From Selaginella moellendorffii (taxonomy: Eukaryota > Plantae > Lycopodiophyta), in the NCBI RefSeq assembly GCF_000143415.4, contig NW_003314324.1, positions 881,379 through 945,378 of the forward strand: a DNA stretch of 64,000 bases. The letters are read 5' to 3'. This document shows positions 37,018 to 49,134 of this stretch, in pieces (positions within the stretch are counted from its first letter, which is position 1; the number at the start of each line of letters is the position of its first letter). Under the pieces are notes generated by a model. It did no database searches and had not been told where the DNA came from. It saw only the letters and a program-made list of their open reading frames with translations. The position numbers and the translations under genes are program-made.

Positions 37018-40000
37018 TGTTCCTTAGTCTGACTTTTATTGATGCTCAAGTATATCACCACTAGTGTTGGCATCGGAAGGTCCGAGGAGTGGGCCTATCC
37101 TTGAGGAGTAGCAAGTCGGGAAGACATGGCTCTCCATTACAGTTCATGTGTGAACTTGTAGACGGGGTGGTGGATAGAAAAGGGCCAATAATGGAACGAC
37201 TTTGGGATCTTGGGAACAGTATATGGTTTTCCTCAAAAAAAAAAAAAAAAAAAAAGTTGAGGATGTGATCCAGATGAGCGTTTGACTTAGCAAACTGGCT
37301 AATGTAGTTGTGGTAAACAACTACAGTTGGGATCACGGGAAAGATAAAGACTCCAAAGCAATAAAGGAGTCACAAGATTTTCCTCATATAGTTGAGGTTG
37401 GTGCTCATGAATGTGAGACCAGAAGTAATGACCGTGGGAGGTCAAATACGGAAGAGGACTCAAGCCCTTGAAAAGGTAGCCGGGGCTACCTCTAATAAAT
37501 GCTGGAACAACCCAAGGAGTTGGGGGTGTATTAAGTGGATGAGTTGGTGTTCTCATCACATGGACAAGTAGTCCTAAGGGGCAAAGGTTGCCCCCAGAGA
37601 ACAAAATCAAGTGTCGGAGTAACACTTGTGAAAATAGTCCTTTTGAGTAGGACAGGAATGCAAGAAGTGTATTCCAGTGAGCTAGTGCCTCACAAGTAGG
37701 ACCTTACGGGTCTGTGGATTAACCAAGTCCAAAACTGCTGGATGACTCAAGTAGAGTCAACGGATGGTCCTAAAAGGACTGATGGAAGCATTTGGACTGA
37801 GGTGTGTTGTACCCCACAAAGGATGGGGGGGGATCATAGGATCCAAGGATGAGAACAGAGGGTATCTCATCAATGGCAGAATGTGCCATGCTAAAGTTAT
37901 GGGAAAGGTGTTCCCAGAAGAAAACAACTTTGACATAAAGTTGTGTGTGACCTCTATGGTGCAGTGCTAACGGATGGTTGGCATAAGAAAGAGTGGTGTT
38001 GGTCTTGGCAAAGACTTAGACACGAAGGGGAAATGTCATAGAGGTAGGCTCGTGGAGCCGATGGTGTGGAGACACCAAATGTGCCAAGGTGTGATACCTT
38101 GAGGCTATGTTGGTGGGTTCATGAGAACCCCTTGCCAAAGGAATCCCAATGGAAATGGGAATAGCATAGCCTAAGTTGCAGAGCATGCAGTTGGAGTGTG
38201 GTGACCCAGATAATGATGGAGGTGTGAAAGCACCAAGCAATGAGTTGTAGGACTTGACAACTATGAGGCAACTAAGCAAGAGGTGCAAAATAACTGGTTA
38301 AACGGGTAGAAGGTAGCTACCCAAGACTTCTTAATAGCATAGGGAAGTTTGATATACCCTTACGGGGGATAAGTTGCTTGTGTTGCGATATAGTAAGTCA
38401 ATGTCATAAAAGGAAATACTCATTGTCAAGAAAGCCATCATTGGGACACCCGAACACTCTAGAACACCAGAAGGTGGTGTTTGATGTCGCAAGGGCAATG
38501 GATAAAGCCCAAGGGACTAAGTCCCTAGCGAATGATGGATAGAAGGTGCTATCCAAATGTCCAAGGTTGCGGAGACAGGAGAGGACTGTCTACCCGAGTT
38601 GGACAAAGCCAAAAATGGAATTTTGGCAAGGCTAGTGATGGGCATGTAAAGGCCCATAAGCAACAATGTAATCCCAGTGTGTGGGATTATAAGGTGAGCA
38701 TACCCGGATTGAGGAACCACTCCCTAGGCTATTGGGTAGGTTCATCCCTAAGAATACTTGCTAAAGCAAGATAAAAAGTGCAAAGCTATCCTCCTGGTCT
38801 GGAGGAGAATGACCAAAGGAAAGGTGTGAAGCTAAAAAGCAAGAAGTAAGGGGATAGAACCGAACCGTAGGAATCAAAGGGCATAACCAAGGTTGGTTAT
38901 GCCAGCTGGGAGTGGAGAATCAAGTGGGGGCTCAAGGGTGTTGCCGCTAGCAACCGTGATGCCATGGAGAGTCTAAAATATGGAATTGTCCATGTTAGAC
39001 TATGTGGCATTTGGAAGGCTTGCAAAAAGGGAGGCCTTAGCAAGCTGAGGGATAGAGTTCCTTCAAGGTTCCCAAAGACAATTCTAGGTAGCTTAGTACC
39101 TAGAAAGGGCAAGTGTAAATGGTTCATGGAACGCACGAAATCAGAGTGGCGCAGCAGAAGCGTGGTCTTGAAGCTTGCCATGAGGCAAGGCTATCAAGGT
39201 TAGGGAAGTAGTTCCCGAGTGTTCAAAGAAAGGGCTTTGAACGAAAGTCGATGGTCAAGGACTTTCACGCTTATGCAGGAACCATGTTATAGTGGTCGGA
39301 GGACTTGCCAAGCGAGATTGGCACGTCGGGGGAACAAATACCCTAGTTGAAGGTGATAACTTCAAAAAGGGTGGGCCATGGGGCCGAGCATGGAGGAGTC
39401 CATGCATGATCACAGACATGTCAAATGAGAGGACTTGGCAGTGTGGAGGAACTAGGTTCCTAAGCTGTGATCTGTAGCGCGCTTTAAAAATAAGTTGGTG
39501 CACCGGCGTGGGGAGTCACGCCAGGCATCTTGTGTGATGTCGTCCGTAGATGCATATACGGAGGTTGGGTTCGAGTCCCGACCCTCTAGTGCTTGGGTTC
39601 GAGTCCCAAATCACTAGGGCGTGGTGATGGTTTGGAATATGAGGACACTCATATTTCGGTGGTCATGGACTCTCAGTGGGGAGACTGGTTTGGGCACACC
39701 GCCAAGCGAGGGATGCCTCGGAGTCGTGATGCACAGTTAGATTGCTTAGTGTGAAAGCTCAGCATATCTAACTTGAACGCTTTGGTGCAAGTGGCACCAA
39801 GGTCGTGGTGAGTGAGATGGGGACACCTAATCTCAGTTGCTATGAACCCTTGGCCGTAAGGGCTGGCTTGGGTGCACCGCCAAGTGTGGGGGATGCCCCC
39901 GGGGTTATAGTCAACAACTTGGAGGTCTAGAAGCCCAAGTACCTCTTGGCAACTTTGTTAAGGTGCCAAGGTGAGATCACTAGGTGATCTTATGGCCAGA

Positions 40001-43000
40001 TAAGGACAAGGTCCTTGGTTGGCTAAGGAATGAAGTTCCTGGTTCAAAATGTTGAAATTGAACTGTTTAAGGTGGTGTGGCTTGGTCGTGATGACCAAGT
40101 GGGAAGAGCACCTAAGGGAAATAAACTATGTCCGTGAGATGGCATAGTGAGTCCGAGGAAAGTAGTCTCTATAAAAGACCCATGGGAGGGTCACGAAGTT
40201 GGGCCGTGGATAGAGCCCATAGCAGAAGATGCTAAAGAGACATACTAGGGGTGAACATCCTCCGGACTTGGCAAAGAAGAGTCTTTGCTATGGAACCAAA
40301 ACAATACCTCAAGGAGGGAGGTAGAGATTCGATGTTGCTTGGTGCAACAATCAACGGATAGGAGCAAAAGATGAGTGGCCAAGATAGGGCCGTGGAATCC
40401 CTTGGGGGGAATCCAAGTGACAAAGTTAGGCGAGGAACACTAATGTGTTGGACGCTAACAAGTTGCGGGAAAGGAAGTGTGTTTCCAAGGAGGGATTCCG
40501 AAATGCTCCAGTTTGGCGAAAGTGGAAGCTCCAAGGGAGGGAGCGGTAAGGTAGCCAAATGATAGGGCCATGAACAACCCTAGCACAAAGTATGATAACT
40601 GGAACTTTGGCACAAAATAGAAGAGAGGATGATGGTGCCCTCAAGTAAAGAACTTCCTAGGATGGGAAGTGGAGTTGCACAAAAGGTGCAAGGCAAGGTG
40701 TCGGAGACACCTAGGAAATTGACTCCAAGAAGTCAAAATTCAAAGTTCCAAAGTGCAAAGGTTATATCGATGGAAATTGAGACTACTCGAGAAGGAGTAG
40801 TGGGATTGACTTAGAGAAGGGTCTCTAAGAGGTTTAGCGAGAACTAAACCAATAAAAGGAGAGAACCACTATATGTGGTCCAATCAGTCTCTAAGTTGGA
40901 GAGACTACCCTCCTTAGAGGATATGCAAAAGGCATGGTGAGCCTTCAATGTCCAACCATTAACGAATATGGAGAAGGCATGGTGAGCCTTCAATGTCACA
41001 CCATTGACAAATATTGGCTACGCGCCAAGGATGGAAATGGTAACACATGCAGGTGTTACTTTATAAAATGGTTCACCGTTCGATGAGGACATCGAACTTC
41101 GTCTATGGGTGGTGGAGTTGTGAGACACAAAATCCCTAGGCCCCAAAGTGGAGCCGGAAGGGCGCCACATGGTAGTGGCCGAAGCGAGAGCCAAACGAGC
41201 GTAACACGTTTGGACCAAAAGCTCTGACTTGAAAAGTCAAGAGCGGGAGTGGAACTCCCAACGAAGTGCTCGAGGAACGAGCACGAAGCGAGCAAAAGGC
41301 GAGGCTCCAAAAAGGGACCCAAAAGGACCAACACATGACACGTGGGAGTGTCCGAGATGGAGTCCGAAGTGGAGTCCGAGGTGGACCCGAGTTGGAGTCC
41401 GAAATGGAGTCCGAGATGGACCCGAGATGGACCCGAAATGGAGTCCGAGATGGAGTCCGAGATGGACCCGAGATGGACCCGAGATGGAGTCCGAGATGGA
41501 GTCCGAGATGGAGTCTGAGATGGAGTCCGAGATGGAGTCTGAGATGGAGTCCGAGATGGACCCGAGATGGAGTCCAAAATGGAGTCCGAGATGGACCCGA
41601 GATGGACCCGAAATGGAGTCCGAGATGGAGTCCGAGATGGACCCGAAATGGAGTCCGAGATGGAGTCCGAGATGGAGTCCGAAGTCGAGACCGAGACCGG
41701 GACCGAGACCGAGACCGAGATCGGGACCGAGACCGAGACCGAGGCCAAGGCCGAGACCGAGCCCGAGCCCGAGTCCGAGTCTGAATCCGAATCCGAGTCC
41801 GAGTCCGAGTCCGAGTCCGAGTCCGGAGCCTGAGAGGGTGAAAGCCCAAAGCGTTCGTCTCCCAGACCCTGGGGGGTTTGGTGAGCTCCAAAAGTATAGT
41901 AGGGGGAGGACTGCAGTGGAGCCAGTTTGGCCAGGAAAGGCCAGTTTGTCCCAGGAAGGCCAGACCCAGTGTTGGGTGATGAACTGACCACTGGGAAGTC
42001 CAAGACTAGAGTGAATACGGACCGACAAGCGGGGTAGCTTGGTGAAGTGTTCAAGAGCCGGCTCTAGTTCCCCCGGGAGATCGACTGGCCGATGCTCCCA
42101 GTCCAAGTGTGGGTGGCACTACCTACTTGGATACCAGGCGTGGCTCAACGGAACCTCGCTCTAAGCCCATGGCTAGAGCACCTAAAGGCGATAGGTGGGG
42201 AGAGTACCCAGGTGGCTCGCGTAAGGCCACGGTGTTCCGAAATGTCGTCCCAAAGGCCCAAACTGTGGAAAGGAAGAGGAGCAGTCCTCTGGGGTAGTGA
42301 CCAAGGACACAGTCATGTGGTGAGGAAGTCCCAGAGGACCGTGGGACTTAGTGGTCGGGCCTGTGGGCCTCGATCCAATGGCAGTGTTGGCAAACACGGC
42401 CAGGGGCAGAAAGGGACTTGGTAGGAACTGACAAAGGGACTTTGGGGAAGGCGATTCCCCAGGTCTGTGGGCATCCTAAGGATGCTAAGGAGTGGATCTA
42501 GGATGACCCCTCGTAGACAGATGGCCCAGTCTTGGAGAGACGGGATGGTGATGCAAGTGGTATTGGACCATTTGCGCAGCAAAGGTGAATGGGCATGGCC
42601 TTAGCGTAACGGGCCGAGATGTCAGTGGTACCTTTGGGTGTTGGTCATGGGATTGGACACGTGGAGCACTTGGACCAAGTGCAAAGGTTGAGTGGCATGG
42701 ATGCCATTCTCGGGGCTAGCAAGCCCCAAGTCCTGAATGGGACTTATGGAGGTTGTGAATGAGACTCCTCCAAGTGGTCGGAGGTGTGGTTAAGTGACTA
42801 AAGTAGAATGGAAAAATTAGTCGCTTACAAGGACATGTGATGGTTCCTCATGTTGATAAACTCATCAAATGGATTTTGGTTGAGTGTTATGATATGCCAA
42901 GTGCTGGGCATCTAGGGGTATTGAGAATGTATATGTTGGTGAATAAGTATTTCTTTTGGCTTGGGATGAAGTCAGATGTTGAAAAATATATATGTGGTTG

Positions 43001-45049
43001 TTTGACCTGCTAAGCAGTCAAAGTTGAGCATCAAAAGCTCATTGGCCTCTATCATCCTTTATGTGTACATAAGAATAAGTGGGATAACATCTCGATAGAC
43101 TTTATCACTAGTTTGCCCAAAACCTTTTGATAAAATGATGCTATTTGGGTTGTTGTGAATCATTTAATGAATATGGCTCACTTCTTCCTTGTGAAGACAA
43201 CAATAAAAGCTTTTGAACTTGCTCAGTTATTTATAGACCAGTTATTCAATCTCTTTAGTTTGCCGGATGACATTATGAGTGATTGGGATTTTAAATTCAC
43301 ATCCAAGTTTTGGCAAATGGTCTTTGAGAAGTTAGAGACTAAGTTGAGCATGAGTAGTGGTGAGCATTCATAATTAGATGGGTAGATAGAGTGTATGAAT
43401 CAATTATTAAAAAATATGTTGAGGTCTTTTGTGGGAAATTTGACTTAATAAGGAGTTTGGGAAAAGTACTTACCTTTGCTTCAGTTTACTCACAATAGCA
43501 CTCATCAATTGGCTATTGGCATGTCTCCCTTTATGGTGATGTATGGCTATGAGCTTAGATCTCTCGTGAGTTTGAGTTTGGCTTTGGTTCAGGTACCTTA
43601 TGCCTGTAATTTCCTAGAGGATATACAAGATAAGCTTGAGTTAGCAAAGTTGAACATAAGCAAGCTCAAGATTGAAGCAAAAGATTTGTTAATGAACATT
43701 GTTGTCATCAAAAGTATAAAGTTGGTGACAAGGTTTTCTTTAAGTTGTTAAATGCATAACGGTCTCTAAAAGGAGGTGGTAGTGCTAAGTTGTCTCCATG
43801 GTATTATGGGCCTTCAACAATTAGCATGTTGGTCTTACATACACTTTGGACTTGCTAGCTAGTTCGAAGATTCATCCAATGTTCCATGTGAGCAAGCTTA
43901 AAGCGTGTTTGCACTTTAGTGATATCATGGATCAGTCCATCATCCAGGTGTAAAGATTGATGCTAAGAAGCCTAGTTCGGCCAATATTCTTGCTCAAAGA
44001 TTGGTGAAAACATGCTAGAAGATAATTAGGGAGTTATTTGTTCAGTGGAATGGTTATTCCATGGACAAAGTTACATGGGAAACTGAGGATGACATGAAAA
44101 AAGTGTTTCCAAGTTTTGGTTATGATTTGGATGACATTCTTGAGGAAGGGGAGAATTAAGTTCTGTAGCTATATTGCTATATAATTTGAGTTGTTTGTTT
44201 TATTTTCATTCTCTTATTTCCATGATCATATTGTCATGCGAGAAAGCCGTATTGCTTTCTTTCTTTTGTGGCCATTTATTGTGATGCTAGTGTTGCTGTT
44301 AGCACATTTTTTCTTCATGGCCATATTGCCATGGACTCCTTTCATTTGAGGCTTGTTTAGCTTCTCAAAGTTGCCATTTGTGGCTAGGTCATAAGGAAAG
44401 GGAGAATGATACGAACCACAGGAATATTCCAAGAATATTCTATGGTTTGTGGGATTTAAGGCTATAACGCCTTAAAGGTTGGGAGGTTGGCCTAGGGTTC
44501 GCTTTCTTGTTCATTTCAACATTCGTAAGGGATTATGGCCAGTCCATGGAAATTTCCCCCTCTCACACAAAGTAAAGCTCTTGATTCTTGGAAATTTTGA
44601 TTTCTTACTTATAGCATAGCCATGGCTGCCCAGCTCCAGCTTGGCTGCTCTATAGCCATGCACTATAGTAGAGCATAGCACTATACCCATGAGTAGGAGC
44701 AGCCACATTTCAAGGTTTAGATAGATCTTGTTGATAGGCATGTTTAAATATCTTTGAGAATAAAACTAATATTATAACCTAAATTAGAATCTTGTAAAAC
44801 CTATTATATAAACTATGTATTAAATAGGTAAATCAAACTGTCATAAAAACTGTTATATAAACCATGTGCCATACTACTTAACAAACCATACATAAAACAC
44901 ATATTAGTTTTTTTATTTTTTTATTAAAACTCATATCAATTTTAAATATGAGTAAAAATAATAAAACTTATATAAAAACTATGTTATATCACTTTTGGTG
45001 AATTATATGAGGATAATCTTATGACACCTTTAGTGTTTAAAAGTCCCTA

Positions 45050-46300
45050 TTCCTTAAGTGATTCTAACTAAAATTGTTTAGCACCACTATATTAAAACAA
45101 ATTTGTTAAATCAAGTTTTTATATGAATTACATTTTCAACTCTTTTAGGAAAATTTTCTATACTTCCAAAGATCCCAAAGTTACTCTTTTATTGGCCCTT
45201 TTTCTATCCACTATACCACTTATGAGTTCATATATGAACTAAAGCTTAGAGCCACACTCTCATGATATCCTACTCCTTAATCTAGCCCCACTTTTGGGAC
45301 CTTTAAATGTTAATATCAAATTATGATATATTTGGCTACCAATAAAAATCAATCTAAGGAATACTAAGTTCTAAATGATTAAATTTTTAATTCTACTTTA
45401 ATCACTTAACCACATTTTTTACTGTTTGGAGGAGTCTTACTCACAACTTTCATAGATTCTCATCCCAACTTAGGGTACTTACTAACCCCCAGAAGTGATC
45501 TCAAAGCCACACTAATTTCACATTTGTGTAAACTCCTGAATTTGGACTTCCCGAGAGGTCACCTAACCTAGTACTATTTAAACTCAATGACATTTAACTC
45601 TAAATATCCCAAGACCCTTAACCGATTGAAAAAGGGAGTGCACTCTTGTTCATGAGCCCTTTTCTTTTATATTTGAACCCCATAGATCGCTTCTCAAGTC
45701 GTTCCCTTTGGTTGCTTACAATCCACCACGCTTCCCTGCAAGTTCACACCCTCGTGAACAGAAGCTGAGAGCCACAGCTCTCTTGAGAGCTCGCTCTCTT
45801 TACACCCTACCTCTCGGGTCGAGCCCAGCCAGGAGCAAACTAGACCTACCAAATGTCAATCAACATGTGGTGTGATTCCCTTAGCCAACCAATAAAGTCG
45901 GACCTGAGACTTCTCTAATACCAACTGTAAGCTCTTGAATTTGGACTTCTCGAGAGGTTACCCAATCCAATATTATTTAAACCTAAATATATTTAACTCC
46001 AAATATCCCAAGACCCTTAATCAATTGGAAAAAGAGGTGCACTTTTGTTCATGGGCCCTTTTCCTTTATATTTAAACCCTATAGATTGTCTCTCGAGTTG
46101 TTCCCTTTGGTTGCTTACAATTTAATTTAAGTTTTCCATGTGTTCAATCCCATTTTAAACACCTAAAGGTACAATTGAAATACTAGCCTTTTATGCTAAG
46201 GCCATATCAACCCTCACTATCTCATTGATAACATAAAACCATCCATACCATAGTTATGTCTCTTCAAAACTAAGTCATTTATCCATGAATATCATCCTAT
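45050..46300 (-). mobile_element. Old inverted relic of the 35269-42829 family (LTR 3' part and leader), split by the Cassandra TRIM
   Basis: TTCTACTTTAATCACTTAACCAC...TTGGAGGAGTCTTACTCACAAC and TTGGCCCTTTTTCTATCCAC are diverged reverse complements of 36925-36982 and 37169-37188. Confidence 0.75.
45527..46119 (-). mobile_element. Cassandra-type TRIM with a 5S rRNA-derived segment in both LTRs
   Basis: 194-bp LTRs at 45527-45720 and 45926-46119, and a 205-bp interior with PBS TGGTATTAGAG and PPT GGGAAGCGTGGTGGA. TSD ATTTG/ATTTA. The LTR minus strand has GAGTTAAATGTCATTGAGTTTAAATAGTACTAGGTTAGGTGACCTCTCGGGAAGTCC, resembling the plant 5S A-box/IE/C-box region. Confidence 0.9.
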
Positions 46301-46354
46301 GATCATACTTTAGCATTTTTCCTAGAATAGTAATCTTGATTTTAAGTGTGTTTT

Positions 46355-46535
46355 TGAGGAGTTAGATCTTTAGAGTGTTCTCTTGAGATGATTGAGAGAG
46401 ATGTTTAACCTTAAGTATCTCAAGATCTTTAATCAATTGAAAAAGAGGGATGCACTTTTATTCATAGACCATTTCCCTTTATATTTGAACTATTATGAAT
46501 TTTCTCTTAAGTTGTTTTTATTTTTGTTGCTTGCA
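46355..46535 (-). mobile_element. Decayed solo LTR of the Cassandra family
   Basis: TTAATCAATTGAAAAAGAGGGATGCACTTTTATTCAT...CCTTTATATTTGAAC...GTTGCTTGCA aligns with the adjacent LTRs. Confidence 0.7.
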
Positions 46536-47938
46536 CTTATGTGACGCAATAGATATTATGATATCCAAGAACACTCTTTTGTTGATCAAATTTGTTTAGA
46601 GCCACTGCGTTGCCACTAGCAAGCCATGAGCATTTAAATAAAACTCATTATTATATGTGTATTAGACTGGATTAGATGTCAGAAATTAAAGTCATAATAA
46701 AAAATTAGTACTATATTACATGAATATTAACTAGATAGCTACTAGAATTTGCATATATGGTACTTGGGATCTTCCAACATCACTCTATCAAGAAGACTTT
46801 CAGCAATACAATGCAACAAAAATCATATTTTTTGGACGTTAGAGACAAAAGATATAGCTTGAACCATCACAATATGAGACTTGCAGCAACTTCAGGGACA
46901 TTCTGGCTCTTTTCTTCAATTGGTTGGGCCAGTACAGAATAAGTGTCCAAACACTCATTAGTGGAGCAAACAAATTTTCTCACTCCATATATTTTTAGTT
47001 GCATTTGGCCATAAAAGCCACTTCATCCTAGGTTGTATTACGTGCTACATCAAATCCTGACAACATATAAGCTGCTACTTTGGGGATGGTCCAAAGTTGA
47101 GTTGAGCTCACGAGTTGAGCTCAATTAAGCACAAATCAACTCAAGTCAACATGGTCAACTAGAAGACTTACAAAGGAAATCTAAATTGAACAAATATAGG
47201 TTTTAACAAAATTTAAAATATTGAAATATGTAAATATCTAAGTTAAAGTTTCTATAAGATTGAGTTGTTTAAAAAAGACAAAGTTCATAAGAACCTATCT
47301 TTTGTAAAGCTATATTATTTTACTATAACTACTGTTACAACTGTCATATTTTGATTTGACTACATAATATTCTGAATACTTTTAGAGCTATACATACTAT
47401 TCCTTCACTCAAAAGATTTTTTAAGGTTCTTGAAAAGATGGGAAGCAAGGAAAATAAAATATCTGTGAGTAAGAGTTGTAGGGCAAAAGAATGTGAGAAT
47501 GTTAATTTTGTTTCACTACCATAATCTCTATATTACACTTTTAATCCTTATTACTCATTTGGGAATGTGGAAACCATTATCACAATCAATAAAAATACTT
47601 CTCTTACTATTGAAATAATAGTCTAGAGCAAGAGAAATAAAGAAATAAACAATATGGTAGAAAGCACTAAGAAATCTACTCCATAAAACTTTCTATGACA
47701 TTTATAATTTACATGTTAATTCATATCAAAAACTCTATTGCTATCTATATCGCATCCCATATGAAAAGACTCGTCTTGGAAATGGGGCTTTATAATCATA
47801 ACTTGCTTGTAAATATAAGAGCTTCTAGAATTCTAGATTATTGTGTATACACAAAATTTTATGGCATCATTTGCTTCACACTTGTTTATTTTATCTGTTA
47901 TTTCATCTTTATGCTTATCTGAAGCTTACAGAATATTT

Positions 47939-48029
47939 CCAGGTCTAATTCTTCCATGATCAATGCTGCGTACTCGTCAGCTTGCTCCTTGAGTTTTGAG
48001 AGCTTGTTCTCACTTGCACTTATTTTAAT
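47939..48029 (-). pseudogene. RBOH: Isolated fragment of a respiratory burst oxidase homolog (EF-hand region)
   Basis: Translates to [29 protein letters not shown], nearly the conserved RBOH sequence [27 protein letters not shown]. Confidence 0.85.
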
Positions 48030-49134
48030 GAATCATTATAATGAAATCCTACTTTGCTACACATATATTATTTTCTACATATGCTAAATTTCTAGGGAAA
48101 TAGACTATAGGGAAATATAGACCACATTATAGTAGTAGGGCACATTGGCACATTGCCATTTTCTCATGTGAGATTGCTTTTCAGTTTTGGAATGGTAAAT
48201 AAAGTTGATTCTTTGATGTGATATTACTTTTGAGTCTTTCGAAAGATTTCAATTTCTTTTATTATTATTTATAAGAAACTCCTGAAAACTCTTAATGAGG
48301 ATTCACTGCAAAAATATATGTTGACATTTAAAGAATTTGAGTATTGTCAATGTTATAATAAATAAACCTCATTCCCAAGACTAAAACTTAGTATATACAC
48401 TATCTAGAAAAGTTATGGTCATCATAGTTTTATTGTTCTCCTTAAGCTCCTTGGAAGTTTGTATTGAAATGGCTTGAAAGAAAGTCACTATTACTTGTAC
48501 TTGGCCCCCCAGCATTTTATACCAATCTCCACCTCCATTCCCAAGTTCTACCAATATTTTACTTTCACCTCTATATAACAATCTTCTTTCTATTGAGGGT
48601 TTTAGTGAAGCTAAACTAAAGCTCCCTATATATGAAATTTCGGATCTTGCTACTAGAGAGGGATTGCCTCCAACCCTTCAAGAGCAATGCCACATATTTT
48701 TGCAAGATCTTGCTCCTGATGCCACATATTTTTGCAAGATCTTGCTCCTGATATGGCAGGACTACTTCAAAGCACAGAACACTATTACATTTGGTGTTCA
48801 ATATGCTACTGTTTTTTGGACAAGACAAATGGCTCTATGGGTTTACAAACTTTTCTTGAGCGCTATAGCAATTGCCCAATAGCAAGTTTGGAAAACATAT
48901 GCATATACAATAGATTCAAGAATGAGTTATGGATATAGACCCACTATTGCTTCATAGTGAGGAACAACATTCCCTTGGGAAACACTGCATTGGCTAGTGT
49001 AAAATATGCGGCTTTTAAGCCACCCTACAATAGAATATAAAATCTAGAATTACTTTACTATACTATAGTATTACGCTTCAATCAAGCAATGTGCTTCAAG
49101 ACGCTCCTCAAACAAGGTATGCTTCCTTGAGAAG

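Larger units (their letters stand above)
35269..42829 (+). mobile_element. Young 7.56-kb LTR retrotransposon with a non-coding, decayed interior (non-autonomous, LARD-like)
   Basis: LTRs at 35269-37002 and 41119-42829 (TG...CA) differ by about a dozen substitutions outside the repeat array. PBS TGGTATCGGAGC at 37006-37017, PPT at 41107-41118, TSD GGGAC/AGGAC. Removing it restores the host frame ILVKKGHVMVPH. Confidence 0.95.
34180..44518 (+). mobile_element. Older degenerate Ty3/gypsy element, host of the nested 35269-42829 insertion
   Basis: LTR ends shared at 34255-34362 and 44410-44518. RNase H (VETDASDIAIGVVL, DKELYVV) lies before the insertion; integrase (SAGHLG, WDNISIDFI, DDIMSDWDFKFTS) and a chromodomain-like end lie after it. 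PPT GAGGAAGGGGAG at ~44142. Confidence 0.85.

Noticed and set aside
45544-45600. Functional 5S rRNA gene
   Set aside because: Only ~57 nt of the internal control region is present, diverged and embedded in TRIM LTRs.
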